Shown one piece after another: positions 9,701 to 22,900 of a stretch of DNA of 64,000 nucleotides (the first letter of the stretch is position 1; each line of letters begins with the position of its first letter). The stretch lies in the NCBI RefSeq assembly GCF_009914755.1, contig NC_060938.1, one strand, 5' to 3'. A program made the translations under genes and the position numbers. The notes beneath the pieces are model-generated. The model was not told the origin of the DNA. It saw nothing but the letters and a program-made list of their open reading frames with translations, and made no database searches. This stretch comes from the human T2T-CHM13v2.0 reference genome, Homo sapiens.

Positions 9701-12700
9701 TAAATTGCAGTGCATTTCATTCCATTCCATTCCTATGAATTGCCGTGCATTTCATTCATTCCATTCCATCCTAATCAATCCCACTCTGGTCCACTCCATT
9801 CTACTACCCTCCATTTAATGCTGCTCAATTCCATTCGACTCCATTCCACTCCATTCTGTTCCACCCCACTCCCTTCCACTGCACTCCACTCCATTCCACT
9901 CCTCTCGATTCCACTGCACTCCACTCCACTGCACTCCTCTCCATTCCACTCTACTCCATTCCACTCCAATCCACTCCACTCCACCTCGTTCCACTCCACT
10001 CCGTTTTATGCCTCTCCAATTCATTCCATTTCACTCCACTTTGTTCCACTCCATTCCACTCTATTCCACTGAATTCAATTCAACTCCACTCCAATCCAAT
10101 ACACTCCATTCCATTAGAATCCATTTCACTCCACTTCATTCCATTTCACAGTATTGCACTCCATTTCACTCCATTCCACTCCATTCCATTCCATTCCACT
10201 CCATTCCACTCCAATCAACTCCAGTCCACTCCACTCAAATCCATTCCATTAAACTCCATTCCATTCCATTCCACTCCTCTCCGTTTCATTCCACTCCACT
10301 GCATTCTTTTCCACTCCATTCCTCTCCACTCCATTCCCCTCCATTCCATTCCTTTCCACTCCACTCCACTCCAATCCACTTCACTCCATTCCACTCACCT
10401 TCATTCCTTTTCATTCCATTCCATTCCATTCCGTTCCACTCCACTCGATTCTATTCCAATGCACTCCATTCCCCTCCATTAAATTCCATTCCGCTCAAAC
10501 TCACTCCAATCCACTCCACTCCACTCCATTGCATTCTATACCATTCCATTGCAATCCAATCCATTCCATTCCACTCTACTGCATTCATTTCCAATCCACT
10601 CCACTCCATTCCACTCCATTCAAATCCATTCCATTCAATTTCACCACATTCCATTCCCTTCCTCTCCATTTCACTCCACTCTGTTCCACTCCACTCCACT
10701 CCCCTCCATTCCACTCTACTATTCATCACTCCATTCCATTCCACTCCCCCCTTTACACTCCAATGCTCTCCATTCCAATCCATTATATTTCACTCCATTC
10801 CACCTCACTCCACTCCACTCCATTCCATTCCATTCTATTCCATTCCACTCCAATCCACTTCAATCCACTCCGTTACATTTCATTCCACTCCACTCAATTG
10901 AATTCCTTACCATTGTATTCCACTGCATTCCATTCCATTCCTCTCTATGCCACTGCACTCCACTCCATTCCAGTCCACTGCAATCCACTCCACTCCGTTC
11001 CACTGGACTACATTTTATTCCAGTCCAATCTATTCGACTCAATTCCATTCAACTCCAATCCATGCCACTCCAATCCACTCCATTCCACTACACTCCATTC
11101 CATTCCATTAAAATCCTTTCCATTCCATTCCACTCCACTCCAGTCCATTCCAGTCCACTCCAGTCCATTCCATTCCACTCCATTCCAATCCATTCCATTC
11201 CACTCCACTCAAATCCCCTCCATTCCGTTCCACTATAATCCATTCTGTTCCACTCCATTCCACTCCAATCCACTCCATTCCACTTCAATCCTTTTAATTC
11301 CACTGTACTACATTCCATTCCATTCCACTCCTCTCCTCTCCTCTCCAATTCATTCCATTCCACTCCATTTCTTTCCACTCAACTCCAGTCCACTCTATTC
11401 CACTCCTCTCTATTCCATTCCATTCCACTCCTCTCCATTCCACCTCATTCCATTCCATTCCTCTCTACTCTATTCCATTCCATTGCACTCCACTCCCCTC
11501 AACTCCACTCCATTCCATTAAAATCCATTCCATTCCATTCCATTCCACTCCATTTCATTCCTTTCATTTCCACTCCACTCCACACCATTAATCTCTATGC
11601 CATTCCATTCCACTCCACTCCATTCCATTTACTCCACTCAGTTCGACTCCACTCCATTCCACTGCATTGCTTTCCAATCCATTCCATTCCACTCCACACC
11701 ATTCCACTCCCTTACTTTCCATACCATTCCACTCCACACCACTGCAATGCATTCCTCTCCAATCAATTCCACTCCATTTCATTCCATTCAAACCCACTCC
11801 ATTCCATTCCACTCCCCTCCATTCCATTACAATCCATTCCATTCCATTCAATTGCACAACTTTCCATTTCATTCCATTCCACTCCATTCCATTCAATTCC
11901 ACAAGATACCATTAAATTCCATTAAATTCCATTCCATTCCAATCCACTCGTTTCCACTCCACTCGTTTCCACTCCAATCCATTCAATTCCATTCCATTCC
12001 ATTCCACTCCATTCCATTCCCGTCCATTCCATTCCTTTCCTTTCCATTCTATTCCACTGCACTCCACTCCATTGTATTGCACGTCATTCCATTCCATTCC
12101 ACTCCACTGCATTCCATTCCATTCCATTCCATTCCATTCCACTCTACTCTATTTCTTTCCCTCCATTCCACTGCAATCCACTTCATTCCATTACAGTCCA
12201 CTCCATTCCACCCCACTCCATTCCACTCCTCTCCTTTCCACTCCACTCCACTCCAATCCACTCCATTCCACCTCACTCCTTTCCATTACACTCCACTCCA
12301 TTCCATTCCATCCGACTCCATTCCATGTCAATCCTTTCCATTCCATTCCACTCCATTCCATTCCATTCCACTCCAGTCTATTCCTTACATTCCATTCCAT
12401 TCTACTCCATTCCACTCTATTCCATTCAACTCCACTATATTCCATTCCATTCCATTCAACTCCACGACATTGCATTCCCCTCCACTCCACTCCACTCTAC
12501 TGAATTCCATTCCACTCCATTCCATTCTGCTCCGTTCCACTCTATTCCACTCCATTGCATTCCTCTCCACTCCACACCACTTCACTCCTCTCCACTCCAC
12601 TCCCTTACATTCAATTCTATTCCATTTCTTTCCATTTTATTCCACCCCATTCCATTCCATTCCATTCCATTCAACTACATTCCACGAAACGCCACCCCAC

Positions 12701-15700
12701 TCCACTCCACTGAATTCCATTCCCGTACATTCTATTCCATTCCATTCCATTCCATTCCATTCCATTCCATTCCATTCCATTCCACTCCACTGCATTCCAT
12801 TCCATTCCATTCCAGTCCGTTCCATTCCCTTCCACTCCACTCCATTCCACTCCACTTCACTCTCCTAAACTCCACTCCATTCCACTCGTCTCCACAAAAT
12901 TCCACTACACTCCATTCCATTCCCCTCCAATCCATTCCATTTCACTCCACTACATTCCATTTCATTCCCTTCCATTCCATTCAATTCCACTCCATTCCAC
13001 TCCACTCCACCCCATTCCACTCCACTCAATTCCTTTCCATTCCATTCTTTCCATTCCATTCCATTCCACTCCACTCCATTCCGTTCCATTATACTCCACT
13101 CCATTCAACTGCTCTCCACACCATTCCACTGCACTGCATTCCATTCCATTCCCTTCAATTCCTTTCCATTCTGCTCCAGTCTACTCCATTCAACTCCAAT
13201 CCATTCCACTCAACTCCAATCCTTTCTATTCCACTACAGTCCATTTCACTCCACTCCACTCCTATCCATTCCACTCCGTTCCATTTCATTCCAGTGCACT
13301 CCATTCCATTCCACTCCACTCCATTTAATTTCTCTCCACTCCATCCAACGGCATTCGAACATATTCGACTCCATTCCACTCCACTCCATGCCATTCCACT
13401 CCACTCCTCTCCTCTCCATTCCACCCCTCTCAATTCCATTGCATTCCAAACCATTCCACTCCATTCCATAGCATTCTTTTGCACTCCATTCCATTCCATT
13501 CCACTCCTTTCCATTCCATTACCTTCCTTTCCACTCTACTCAACTCTTTTACTCCACTCCGTTGCATTCAATTCCATTCCACTCCACTCCATTCCATTCC
13601 ATTCCATTCCATTCCAATCCACACCACTTCATTTCTTTCCACTCCATTGCCATCCATTCCTTGCCACTCCATTCCATTCCACTCCACTGCATTCCTTTCT
13701 GGTCAATCCATTCCACTCCACTCCATTCCATTCCATTCCATTCGACTACATTCTATTCCACTCCTCTCCACTCCACTCCACACCACTCCATTCCATTCCA
13801 TTCCATTACACTCCACTCCATTCCATTCTACTTCAATCCATCCCATTCCATTCCACCCCATTCCATTCAATTCCATTCTTTCCACTCCACTCTACTTCTC
13901 TCCATTCCACTCCACTCCATTGCATTTCATTCCACTCCATTCCATTCCACTCCACTCAAGTTCACTGCATTCCATTCCCTTCCATTCCCTTCCATTCCAT
14001 TCCATTCCATTCCATTCCGTTCAAATCCACTCCATTCTATTCCACTCCAGTCCATTCCACTCCACTCCATGCCACACATATCAACTCCATTAGATTCCAA
14101 TCCATTCTACTAAACTCCACCCCATTCCATTTCACTCCATTCCATTCTATTCTACTCCACTCCACTGCATTCCACGCCACTCCATTACACTCCACTGCAT
14201 ACGACTCCAATCCATTCCATTCCATCGCATAACATTCCACTCAACTACATTCCATTCCACTCCACTCCATTCCATTCTACTCCATTGAATTCCACTCAAC
14301 TCCATTCAATTCCACTCCATTCCATTCCATTACATTCCGTTCCATTTCAGCCCATTCCATTCCCTTCCTTTCCATTCCATTGCATTCTCCTACACTACAC
14401 ACCACTCTACTCCACTGCTCTCCATTACACTCCATTCAGTTCCAGTCCATTTCACTCCATTCCATTCCATTCCATTCCACTCCACTACATTCCATTCCAC
14501 TCTGCTCCATTACATTCCACTCCACACAACTACTTTCCACTCCATTCCACTCCATTCCATTCCACTCCACTCCACTCCCCCAATCCACACCACTCCACTC
14601 CATTCCCCTAAATTCCATTCCATTGCATTCCATTGCATTCCATTGCATTCCATTCCATTCCATTCCATTCCATTCCATTCCATTTCACTTCACTCCATTG
14701 CATTCCATTCAACTTCACTGCATTCCATTCCTTTCCATTCCATTGCACGTCTTTCCTCTCCATTCCACTCCATTCCACACCATTCCATTCCATTCGTCTC
14801 CATTCCCTTCCACTCCACTCCACTACATTCCATTCCACTCCGTTCCATTCCATTCCACTTCACTCCTTTCCATTCAACTCCAATGCATTCCACTTTACTC
14901 CATTCCATAGCATTCCATTCCCATACATTTCATTCCAATCCATTCCATTCCCCTCCACTCTTCTAAATTCCACTCCAATCAATTCCACTCCACTGCAATC
15001 CATTCCATTCCACTCCATTCTATACGTTCCAATCCATTATATCCCATCCATTGCACCCCATTCCGTTCCATTTCACTTCATTTCATACCATTCCACTCCA
15101 CTCCACTCCACTCCACTTCTTTCCATTCCATTCCTAGCCATTCCACACCAATCCACTCCACTCTTCTCCATGTCATTCTGCTCCATGTCATTCTGCTCCA
15201 TTCCATTCCACTCCTCTCCATTCCATTCCACCCAACACTATTCCAGTCCTCTCCATTCCACTCCACCACATTCCATTCCATTCCTTTCCATTCCATTCAA
15301 TTCCATTCCACTCCACTCCATTCCATTTAACTCAACTATATTTCACTGTATTCTCCTCATTCCATTCCACTCCACTCCACTCCAGTCCACTCCACTCCAT
15401 TCCTCCCCTTTCCATTCCTTTCCATTCCACTCTACTCCACTGCATTCCATTCCACTCCACTCCACTCAACTCCATTCGAGTCCATTCCAATACATTCCAT
15501 TCCACTCCACTCCATTCTACTCCACTAGACTCCTTTCCACTCCCGTCCACTCCTTTCCACTCCATTTCACTCCATTCCACTCTATTCCACTACACTTCAT
15601 TCCACTCCAATCCATTCCATTCCATTACAATCCAATCCACTCGGTTACATTCCACTTCACTCCATTCCAATCCACTCGATTCCCTTCAACTCCACTCCAT

Positions 15701-16745
15701 TCCATTCCACTCCTATGCATTCTTTCCATTAAACTCCATTCCACTCCATTCCATTCCAATCCCCTCCACTATATTCCATTCAGTTCCACCCCACTCCACT
15801 ATACTCCATTCATTTCTAATCCATTCCACTCCATTCCATTCCATTCTGCTCCACTTAGTTCTATTCCACTCCACTCCATTCCATTCCACTCCATTCCATT
15901 CCACTACACTCCATTCCATTACACTGAACTCTATTCCACTCCACTCTGTTCCACTCCACTCCATTGCTCTCCAATCCATTCCATTCCATTGCTTCCCACT
16001 CCATTACATTCCACTCCACTCCACTTCATTCCATTACACTCCACTCCATTCCACTCCATTCCATTACACTCCACTCCAATCAAATCCATTTCATCCCATT
16101 CCTTTGCATTCCTTTCTACTCCACTCCACTCCATTCCACTCCACTCCATTATTTGCACTCGATTCCATTCCAATCTACTCTATTCTACTCCATTCCAATA
16201 CATTGCATTCCACTCCACTCCATTCCATTCCATTCCATTCCATTCCATTCCATTCCATTCCATTCCATTCCATTCCACTTCAATCCAGTGCACTCCAATC
16301 CATTCCACTCCATTCCACTCCATTCTATTCCATTCCTCTGCATTCCACTCTACTCTATCCCACTCCACTCCTTTCCATTCCACTCCATTCCATTCCAGTC
16401 CACTCCACTCCTCTCCACTCAACTCCATTCCAATCCATTCCATTCCATTCCACTCGATTCCATTCCAGTCCACTCCATTCTATTCCATTCCATTCCAATA
16501 CACTCCACTCCATTCCACTCCACTCCATTCCATTTCACTCCACTCCTTTATATTCCATTCCACCCCGTTCCATTCCATTCCACTGCACTCCACTCCATTC
16601 AACTGCACTGCAGTCCATTCCACTTCAGTCCATTCCATTCCACTATTCCCCACTCCATTCCACTCCACTCCATTCCATTCCACTCCACTCCCATCTACTC
16701 CACTGCATTTCATTCAAGTCCACTCCATTTTTTTCCATTCCACTC

Positions 16746-16975
16746 CAATCCACTCCACTCCTTTCCAATCCACTCTATTCCACTACATTCCATTCCATTG
16801 CTTTCCCCTCAATTCTTGTCCACTTCACTCAATTCCACTCCAGTCCATTCCATTCCACTCCAATCCACTCCATTCCTTTCCAATCCACTCTATTCCACTA
16901 CATTCCATTCCATTGCTTTCCCCTCAATTCTTGTCCACTTCACTCAATTCCAATCCAGTCCATTCCATTCCACTC
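16746..16975 (+). repeat. 115-bp (23-pentamer) tandem duplication
   Basis: ctttcccctcaattcttgtccacttcactcaattcca occurs at 16801 and 16916. Confidence 0.9.
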
Positions 16976-19900
16976 TACTCCACTTCATTCCATTTCATTC
17001 CACTCCACTCCACTCCACTCTAATCCACTCCATTCCATTCCATTTCATTCCACTCCACTCCACTCTAATCCATTCCACTCCATTCCTTTCCAATCCACTC
17101 AATTCCATTCCACTCCACTTCATTCCATTCCACTCCATTACTCTCCACTCCACTTCATTCCACTCCACTCTTTTCCATTCCACTCCACTCCATTCCGTTT
17201 CTTTCCCCTCCATTCCATTCCACTCCACTCCATTCCATTCCATTCCATTCCATTCCATTCCTTTCCTCTCCACTCTAATCCATTCCAATACACTGCATTT
17301 CACTCCACTTCCTTCCATTCCATTCCTTTCCACTCCATTCCATTCCACTGCAATCCTTTCCATTCCACTCGTCTCCATTCCATTCCACTCGTCTCTATTC
17401 CCCTCCTTTCCATTTCACTCCACTGTACTCCATTCTATTCCAATCGTCTTCATTCCAGTCCACTCCAGTCTATTCCACTGCTCTCCATCACTCTCCAATG
17501 CTTTCCATTCCATTCCATTCCATTCCATTCCATTCCATTGCACTCCATTCGATTCGACTCCACTCCTTTTGACTGCATTCCCCTACATTCCATTCCATTC
17601 TACTCCACTAAATTGTACTCCACTCCACTCCATTCCATTCCTTTCATGGTCATTCCATTCCATTCAATTGCATTCCTTTCCACAATACTCCATTCTACTC
17701 ATCTCCACTCGGTTCCACTCCACTGCATTCCATTCCACTCAACTCCATTCCACTCCACTACATCCCATTCAATTCCACTCCCTTCCATTGCACTCCACTA
17801 CATTCCATTCCACTGCTCTCCGTTTAACTCCATTCCATTCTAGGCAACACAACTCCATTCCACTCCACTCCACTTCATTCTTTTTCATTACATTCTATCC
17901 AACCCACGCCATTCCATTCCATTCCATTCCATTTCACTACACTCCATTCCACTCTACTCCTCTCCACTCTATTCCACTCCTTTAATCTCCATTTCATTCC
18001 ATTTCACCTCATACCACTCCACTCCGCAACATTCCACTCCACTCCACTCCAATCCAGTCCACCCCATTCCATTCCACACCGCTCCAGTCCACTTCACTCC
18101 ATTCCACCTCATTTCACTCCACTCCATTGCATTCCATAAAATTCAATTTGACTTCCACTCCACTCCACTCCACTCCATTACGTTCCACCAAATTGCATTC
18201 CATTCCATGCCACTCTATTACATTCAATTCCACTCCATTCCATTCCACTACACTCCCATCCACTACATTCCACTCCATTCCATTCCCCTCCCTTCCACGC
18301 CACTCTACTCCCCTCCACTTCACTTCGTTCCATTCCATTCCTTGCCATTCCATTCCATTCCGTTTTATTCCATTCCACTCCAATCCATTCCAATTAACTC
18401 CACTCCATTCCACTCCACTCGATGCCATTCCACTCCACTCGATTCCATTTAATTCCACTCCACACCACTCCCCTTCATTTCACTCCACTCTTCTCCACTC
18501 TTATACACTCCACCCCAATCCATTCCACTCCGTTAGTTTCCATTCCAATCCAATCCACTACATTCTTGTCCACTCGATTCCATTCCACTCCATTCCATTC
18601 CATTCCATTTCATTTCATTCCACTCCATTCCATTTCATTCCATTCCACTCCACTCCATTCCACTCCATTGCATTCCACTCTACTACATTCCATACCATTT
18701 CATTCCACTCCATTACATTACATTCCACTCCATTCCATTCCACTGCACTCCACTCCATTCCATTCCATTGTATTCCATTCAAATCCACTCCACTCCATTA
18801 TTTTCCATTCCATTCCACTCCATTCCATTCTACTCCACCCCACTCCACTCCATTCCATTCCATTCCACTCCTTCTATTCCATTCTACTGCATTCCACTCC
18901 ACTCCATTCCATTCCACTCCACTCCACTCCATTCCACTCCATTCCACCCCATTCCTCTCCCCTCCATTCCTTTCCACTGCATCCCAATCCACTCCATTCC
19001 ATTACACTCCAATCCATTCCATTACACTTCACGCCAATCCATTCCACCCCACTCCATTGCATTCCATTCTATTCCACTCTACTCCATTCTGTTCAATTCC
19101 ATTTCACTCCACTCCAATCCACTCCACTTCACTCCATTCCACTCCATTCTATTCCATTCGATTGCATTCCATTCCACTGCAATCCTCTCCACTCCACTCC
19201 ATGCCTTTCTACTCCGTTCCATTCCTTTCGATTCCATTGCATTCCATTTGATTCCACTCCATACCATTGCACTTCATTCCATTCCACTCCACACCATTTA
19301 ATTCCACTTCATCCATCCGCTTTCCGACACATTCCACTCCACTCCAGTCCACTCCCATCCACTCCACTCCATTCCTCCCCACTCCACTCCATTCCACTCC
19401 ATTCCACTCTTTTCCATTCCACTGTATTCCCTTCCAGTCCACTCTGCTCCAATCGACTCCATTTTATTCCAATCCACTCCATTCCTTTCCACTCCATCTG
19501 CCTCACTATAACTATTCTCTAGGATCTGACCACAGGGTGCTTTGTGACATATCCCTGCAATGATCACCGAGGTGATATACAACTTGCCAAGGCTCTGCCT
19601 ACAGGGGCATTGCAATGTATCTCTGCACTGATCACCTAGGTCTTGTAACTCTTTTCTAGAATCTGCCTACAGGGTGCCTTGTGACTATCCCAGCAAGGAT
19701 TACCCAGGTGATGTACCTCTCATCAAGGCTCTGCCTACAAGCACATTGCGATGTAACTCTGAACTGATCACCTAGGTTATGTAACTTTTGTCTAGGCTCT
19801 GCCTAAGATAGCATTGTGACATATCTCTGCACTAATCATCCAAGCGATGTAACTCTTGTCTAGGATCTGCCTAAATTAACTTTGTGAAATAACCCTGTAC

Positions 19901-22900
19901 TGATCATCCAGGTGATGGGGCTTTTGTCTAGGCTCTGCCTAAGGGGGCATTGTGACATATTTCTGCATTGATCACCCAGGTGGCGAACTCTTCTCTTGGA
20001 TCTGCCTATGGGGGCATTGTGACAAATCTCTGCACTGATCACCCAGGTGATGTAAGTGTTGTGTAACCTCTGCCTAGAGGGGAACTGTGAGAGATCTCGC
20101 CACTGATCACCCAGGTGATGTAACACATCTAAGTTCGGCCTAAAGAAGCTTTGTAACATATCTCTGCACTGATAACTTAGGTGATGTAACACTTTTATAA
20201 GCACTGTCTACAGGGAATTTTGACAAATCTCTGCACTGATCACCTAGGTGATGTAACAATTGTCTACCCTCTGTCCAACGGGGCATTTTGAAATATATCT
20301 GCACTGATCACCCAGGTGATTCAACTCTTGACTAGAATCTGCCTACAGAGGTTATTGTGAAATATCTCTGCACTGATAAACTGGGTGGTGTAACCCTTGT
20401 CCAAGCTCTGCCTACAGGGGCGTTTTCACATATCCCTGATCTGATGACAAAGGTGATTTAACTCTTGCCTAGGCTTTGCCTACAGGGGACATTGTGACAT
20501 ATGTCTTCAATGATAACCCATGTCATGCAACTCTAGCCTAGGCTTTGCCTACAGGGGACATTGTGACATATCTCTGCACCGATCTGCCAAGTGCTGTAAC
20601 TTTAGTCTAGGCTCTGGCTACACAGCATTGTGACATATCACTGCACTGATCACCCAGGGGATATAACCCTTGTCTAGGCTCTGCCTACAGGGGGCTTGTG
20701 ACATATCTCTGCACGGATCACCCAGGTGATATAACTCTTCTCTAGGATCTGCCTACAGGGTGCTTTGTGACATTTACCTGCACTGATCAACCAGGTGATC
20801 GAACTCTGGTCTAAGCTCTGCCTAAAGGGGCATTGTGACAGATCTCTGCACTGATCACTCAGGTGATGTAACTATTGTCTAGGCTCTGCTTAAAGGGGCC
20901 TTGTCACATATCTCTGCACTGATCACCCAGGTGATGTAACTCTTGTCTAGGCTCTGCTTCCAGGGAATATTGTGACATATCTATGCACTGATCACCTTAG
21001 TGATGTAACACTTGTGTAGGCTCGGTTAACATGGGAATCTTGACATATCTCTGCACTGTTAACCGAGGTGATTTAACTCTTGTCTAGGCTGTGCCCACAG
21101 GGGGATTGAGACATATCTCCGCACTGATCCCGAGGTGATCCAACTCTTGCCTGGTTTCTGCCTACTGGGGACATTGTGACATATCTCTGCACTGATCTCC
21201 CAGGTGCTGTAACTTTAGTCTAGGCTCTGGTTACAAGGCATTTTGACATATCACTGCACTGATCACCCAGTTGATATAACTCTTGTCTATGCTCTGCCTA
21301 CAATGTTTTTGTGACATATCTCTGCACTGATCACCCAGGTGATATAACTCTTCTCTAGGATCTGACCACAGGGTGCTTTGTGACATATCCCTGCAATGAT
21401 CACCCAGGTGATATACCACTTGCCAAGGCTCTGCCTACAGGGACATTGCAATGTATCTCTGCACTGATCACCTAGGTCTTGTAACTCTATTCTAGGATCT
21501 GCCTACAGGGTGCTTTGTGACGTATCCCAGCAAGGATTACCCAGGTGATGTAGCACTCATCAAGGCTCTGCCTACAGCCACATTGCGATGTATCTCTGCA
21601 CTGATCACCGAGGTCATGTAAGTTTTGTCTAGGCTCTGCCTACGATGGCATTGTGACATATCTCTGCACTAATCACTCAAGTGATGTAACTCTTGTCTAG
21701 GATCTGCCTAAATTAACTTTGTGACATAACCCTGTACTGATCATCCAGGTGATGGGGCTTTTGTCTGGGCTCTGCCTAAGGGGGCATTGTGACATATTTC
21801 TGCATTGAGCACCCAGGTGGCGAACTCTTCTCTTGCATCTGCCTATGGGGGCATTGTGACAAATCTCTGCACTGATCACCCAGGTGATGTAACTGTTGTG
21901 TAACCTCTGCCTACAGGGGAAATGTGAGAGATCTCGCCACTGATGAACCAAGTGATGTAACCATTGTCTAGGCTTTGCGTACAGGGGGCTTTGTGACATT
22001 CCTTTGCACTGATCACCCAGGTGATGTAACACATCTAAGTTCGGCCTAAAGGAGCTTTGTGACATATCTTTGCACAGATCACTTAGGTGATGTAACACTT
22101 TAATAAACACTGCCTACAGGGAATTTTGACAAATCTCTGCACTGATCACCTAGGTGATGTAACTCTTGTCTACCCTCTGTCCAACGGGGCATTGTGAAAT
22201 ATCTCTGCACTGATGACCCAGGTGATTCAACTCTAGACTAGGATCTGCCTACAGAGGATATTGTGAAATATCTCTGCACTGATAAACTAGGTGGTGTAAC
22301 CCTTGTCCAAGTTCTGCCTACAGGGGCGTTTTCACATATCCCTGAACTGATGACAAAGGTGATGTAACTCTTGCCTAGGCTGTGCCTACAGGGGACATTG
22401 GACATATATCTGCACTGATCACCCAGGTGATGCAACTCTTGCCTAGGCTTTGCCTAGAGGGGACATTGTGACATATCTCTGCACTGATCTCCCAGGTGCT
22501 GTAACTTTAGTCTAGGCTCTGGCTACACGGCATTGTGACATATCACTGCACTGATCACCCAGGTGATATAACACTTGACTAGGCTCTGCCTACAATGGTC
22601 TTGTGACATATCTCTGCACTGATCACACAGGTGATATAACTCTTCTCTAGGATCTGCCTATAGGGTGCTTTGTGACATATCCCTGCACTGATCACCCAGG
22701 TGATCTAACTCTGGTCTAAGCTCTGCCTAAAGGGGCATTGTGACAGATCTCTGCACTGATCACTCAGGTGATGTAACTATTGTCTAGGCTCTGATTAAAG
22801 GGGCCTTGTCACATAATTCTGCACTGACCACCCAGGTGATGTAACTCTTGTATAGCCTCTGCTTCCAGGGAATATTGTGACATATCTATGCACTGATCAC

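Larger units (their letters stand above)
1..19497 (+). repeat. Diverged satellite III-type (HSat3-like) pentamer array, (CATTC/CACTC)n, C-rich strand on +
   Basis: Continuous 5-bp period CCATT/CCACT with pure (CATTC)n runs (e.g. ~4605-4665, ~16215-16275). G is nearly absent on +. ORFs translate as HSIPF/HSTPL (+) and MEWNG/VEWSG (-). Family assignment rests on the known (GGAAT)n consensus of HSat2/3; subfamily not determined. Confidence 0.93.

Noticed and set aside
1-19497. Telomeric repeat, G-quadruplex array or canonical heat-shock elements
   Set aside because: There are no TTAGGG arrays and G-runs on the minus strand are mostly GG. The GAA units are direct repeats rather than the inverted nGAAn arrays of a canonical HSE, so HSF1 binding at this locus cannot be claimed from sequence alone.
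187-19563. Long + strand ORFs (e.g. 866 aa at 187-2787, 796 aa at 14633-17023) rich in H/S/I/P/F
   Set aside because: (CATTC)n and (CACTC)n have no stop codon in any + frame. Overlapping ORFs occur in all three frames with the same 5-residue period and no domain content, and several begin at non-ATG codons.
210-19615. Many short minus-strand MEWNG/VEWSG ORFs
   Set aside because: They are direct translations of (GGAAT/GGAGT)n, which supplies an ATG every 5 bp. There is no evidence of coding function.
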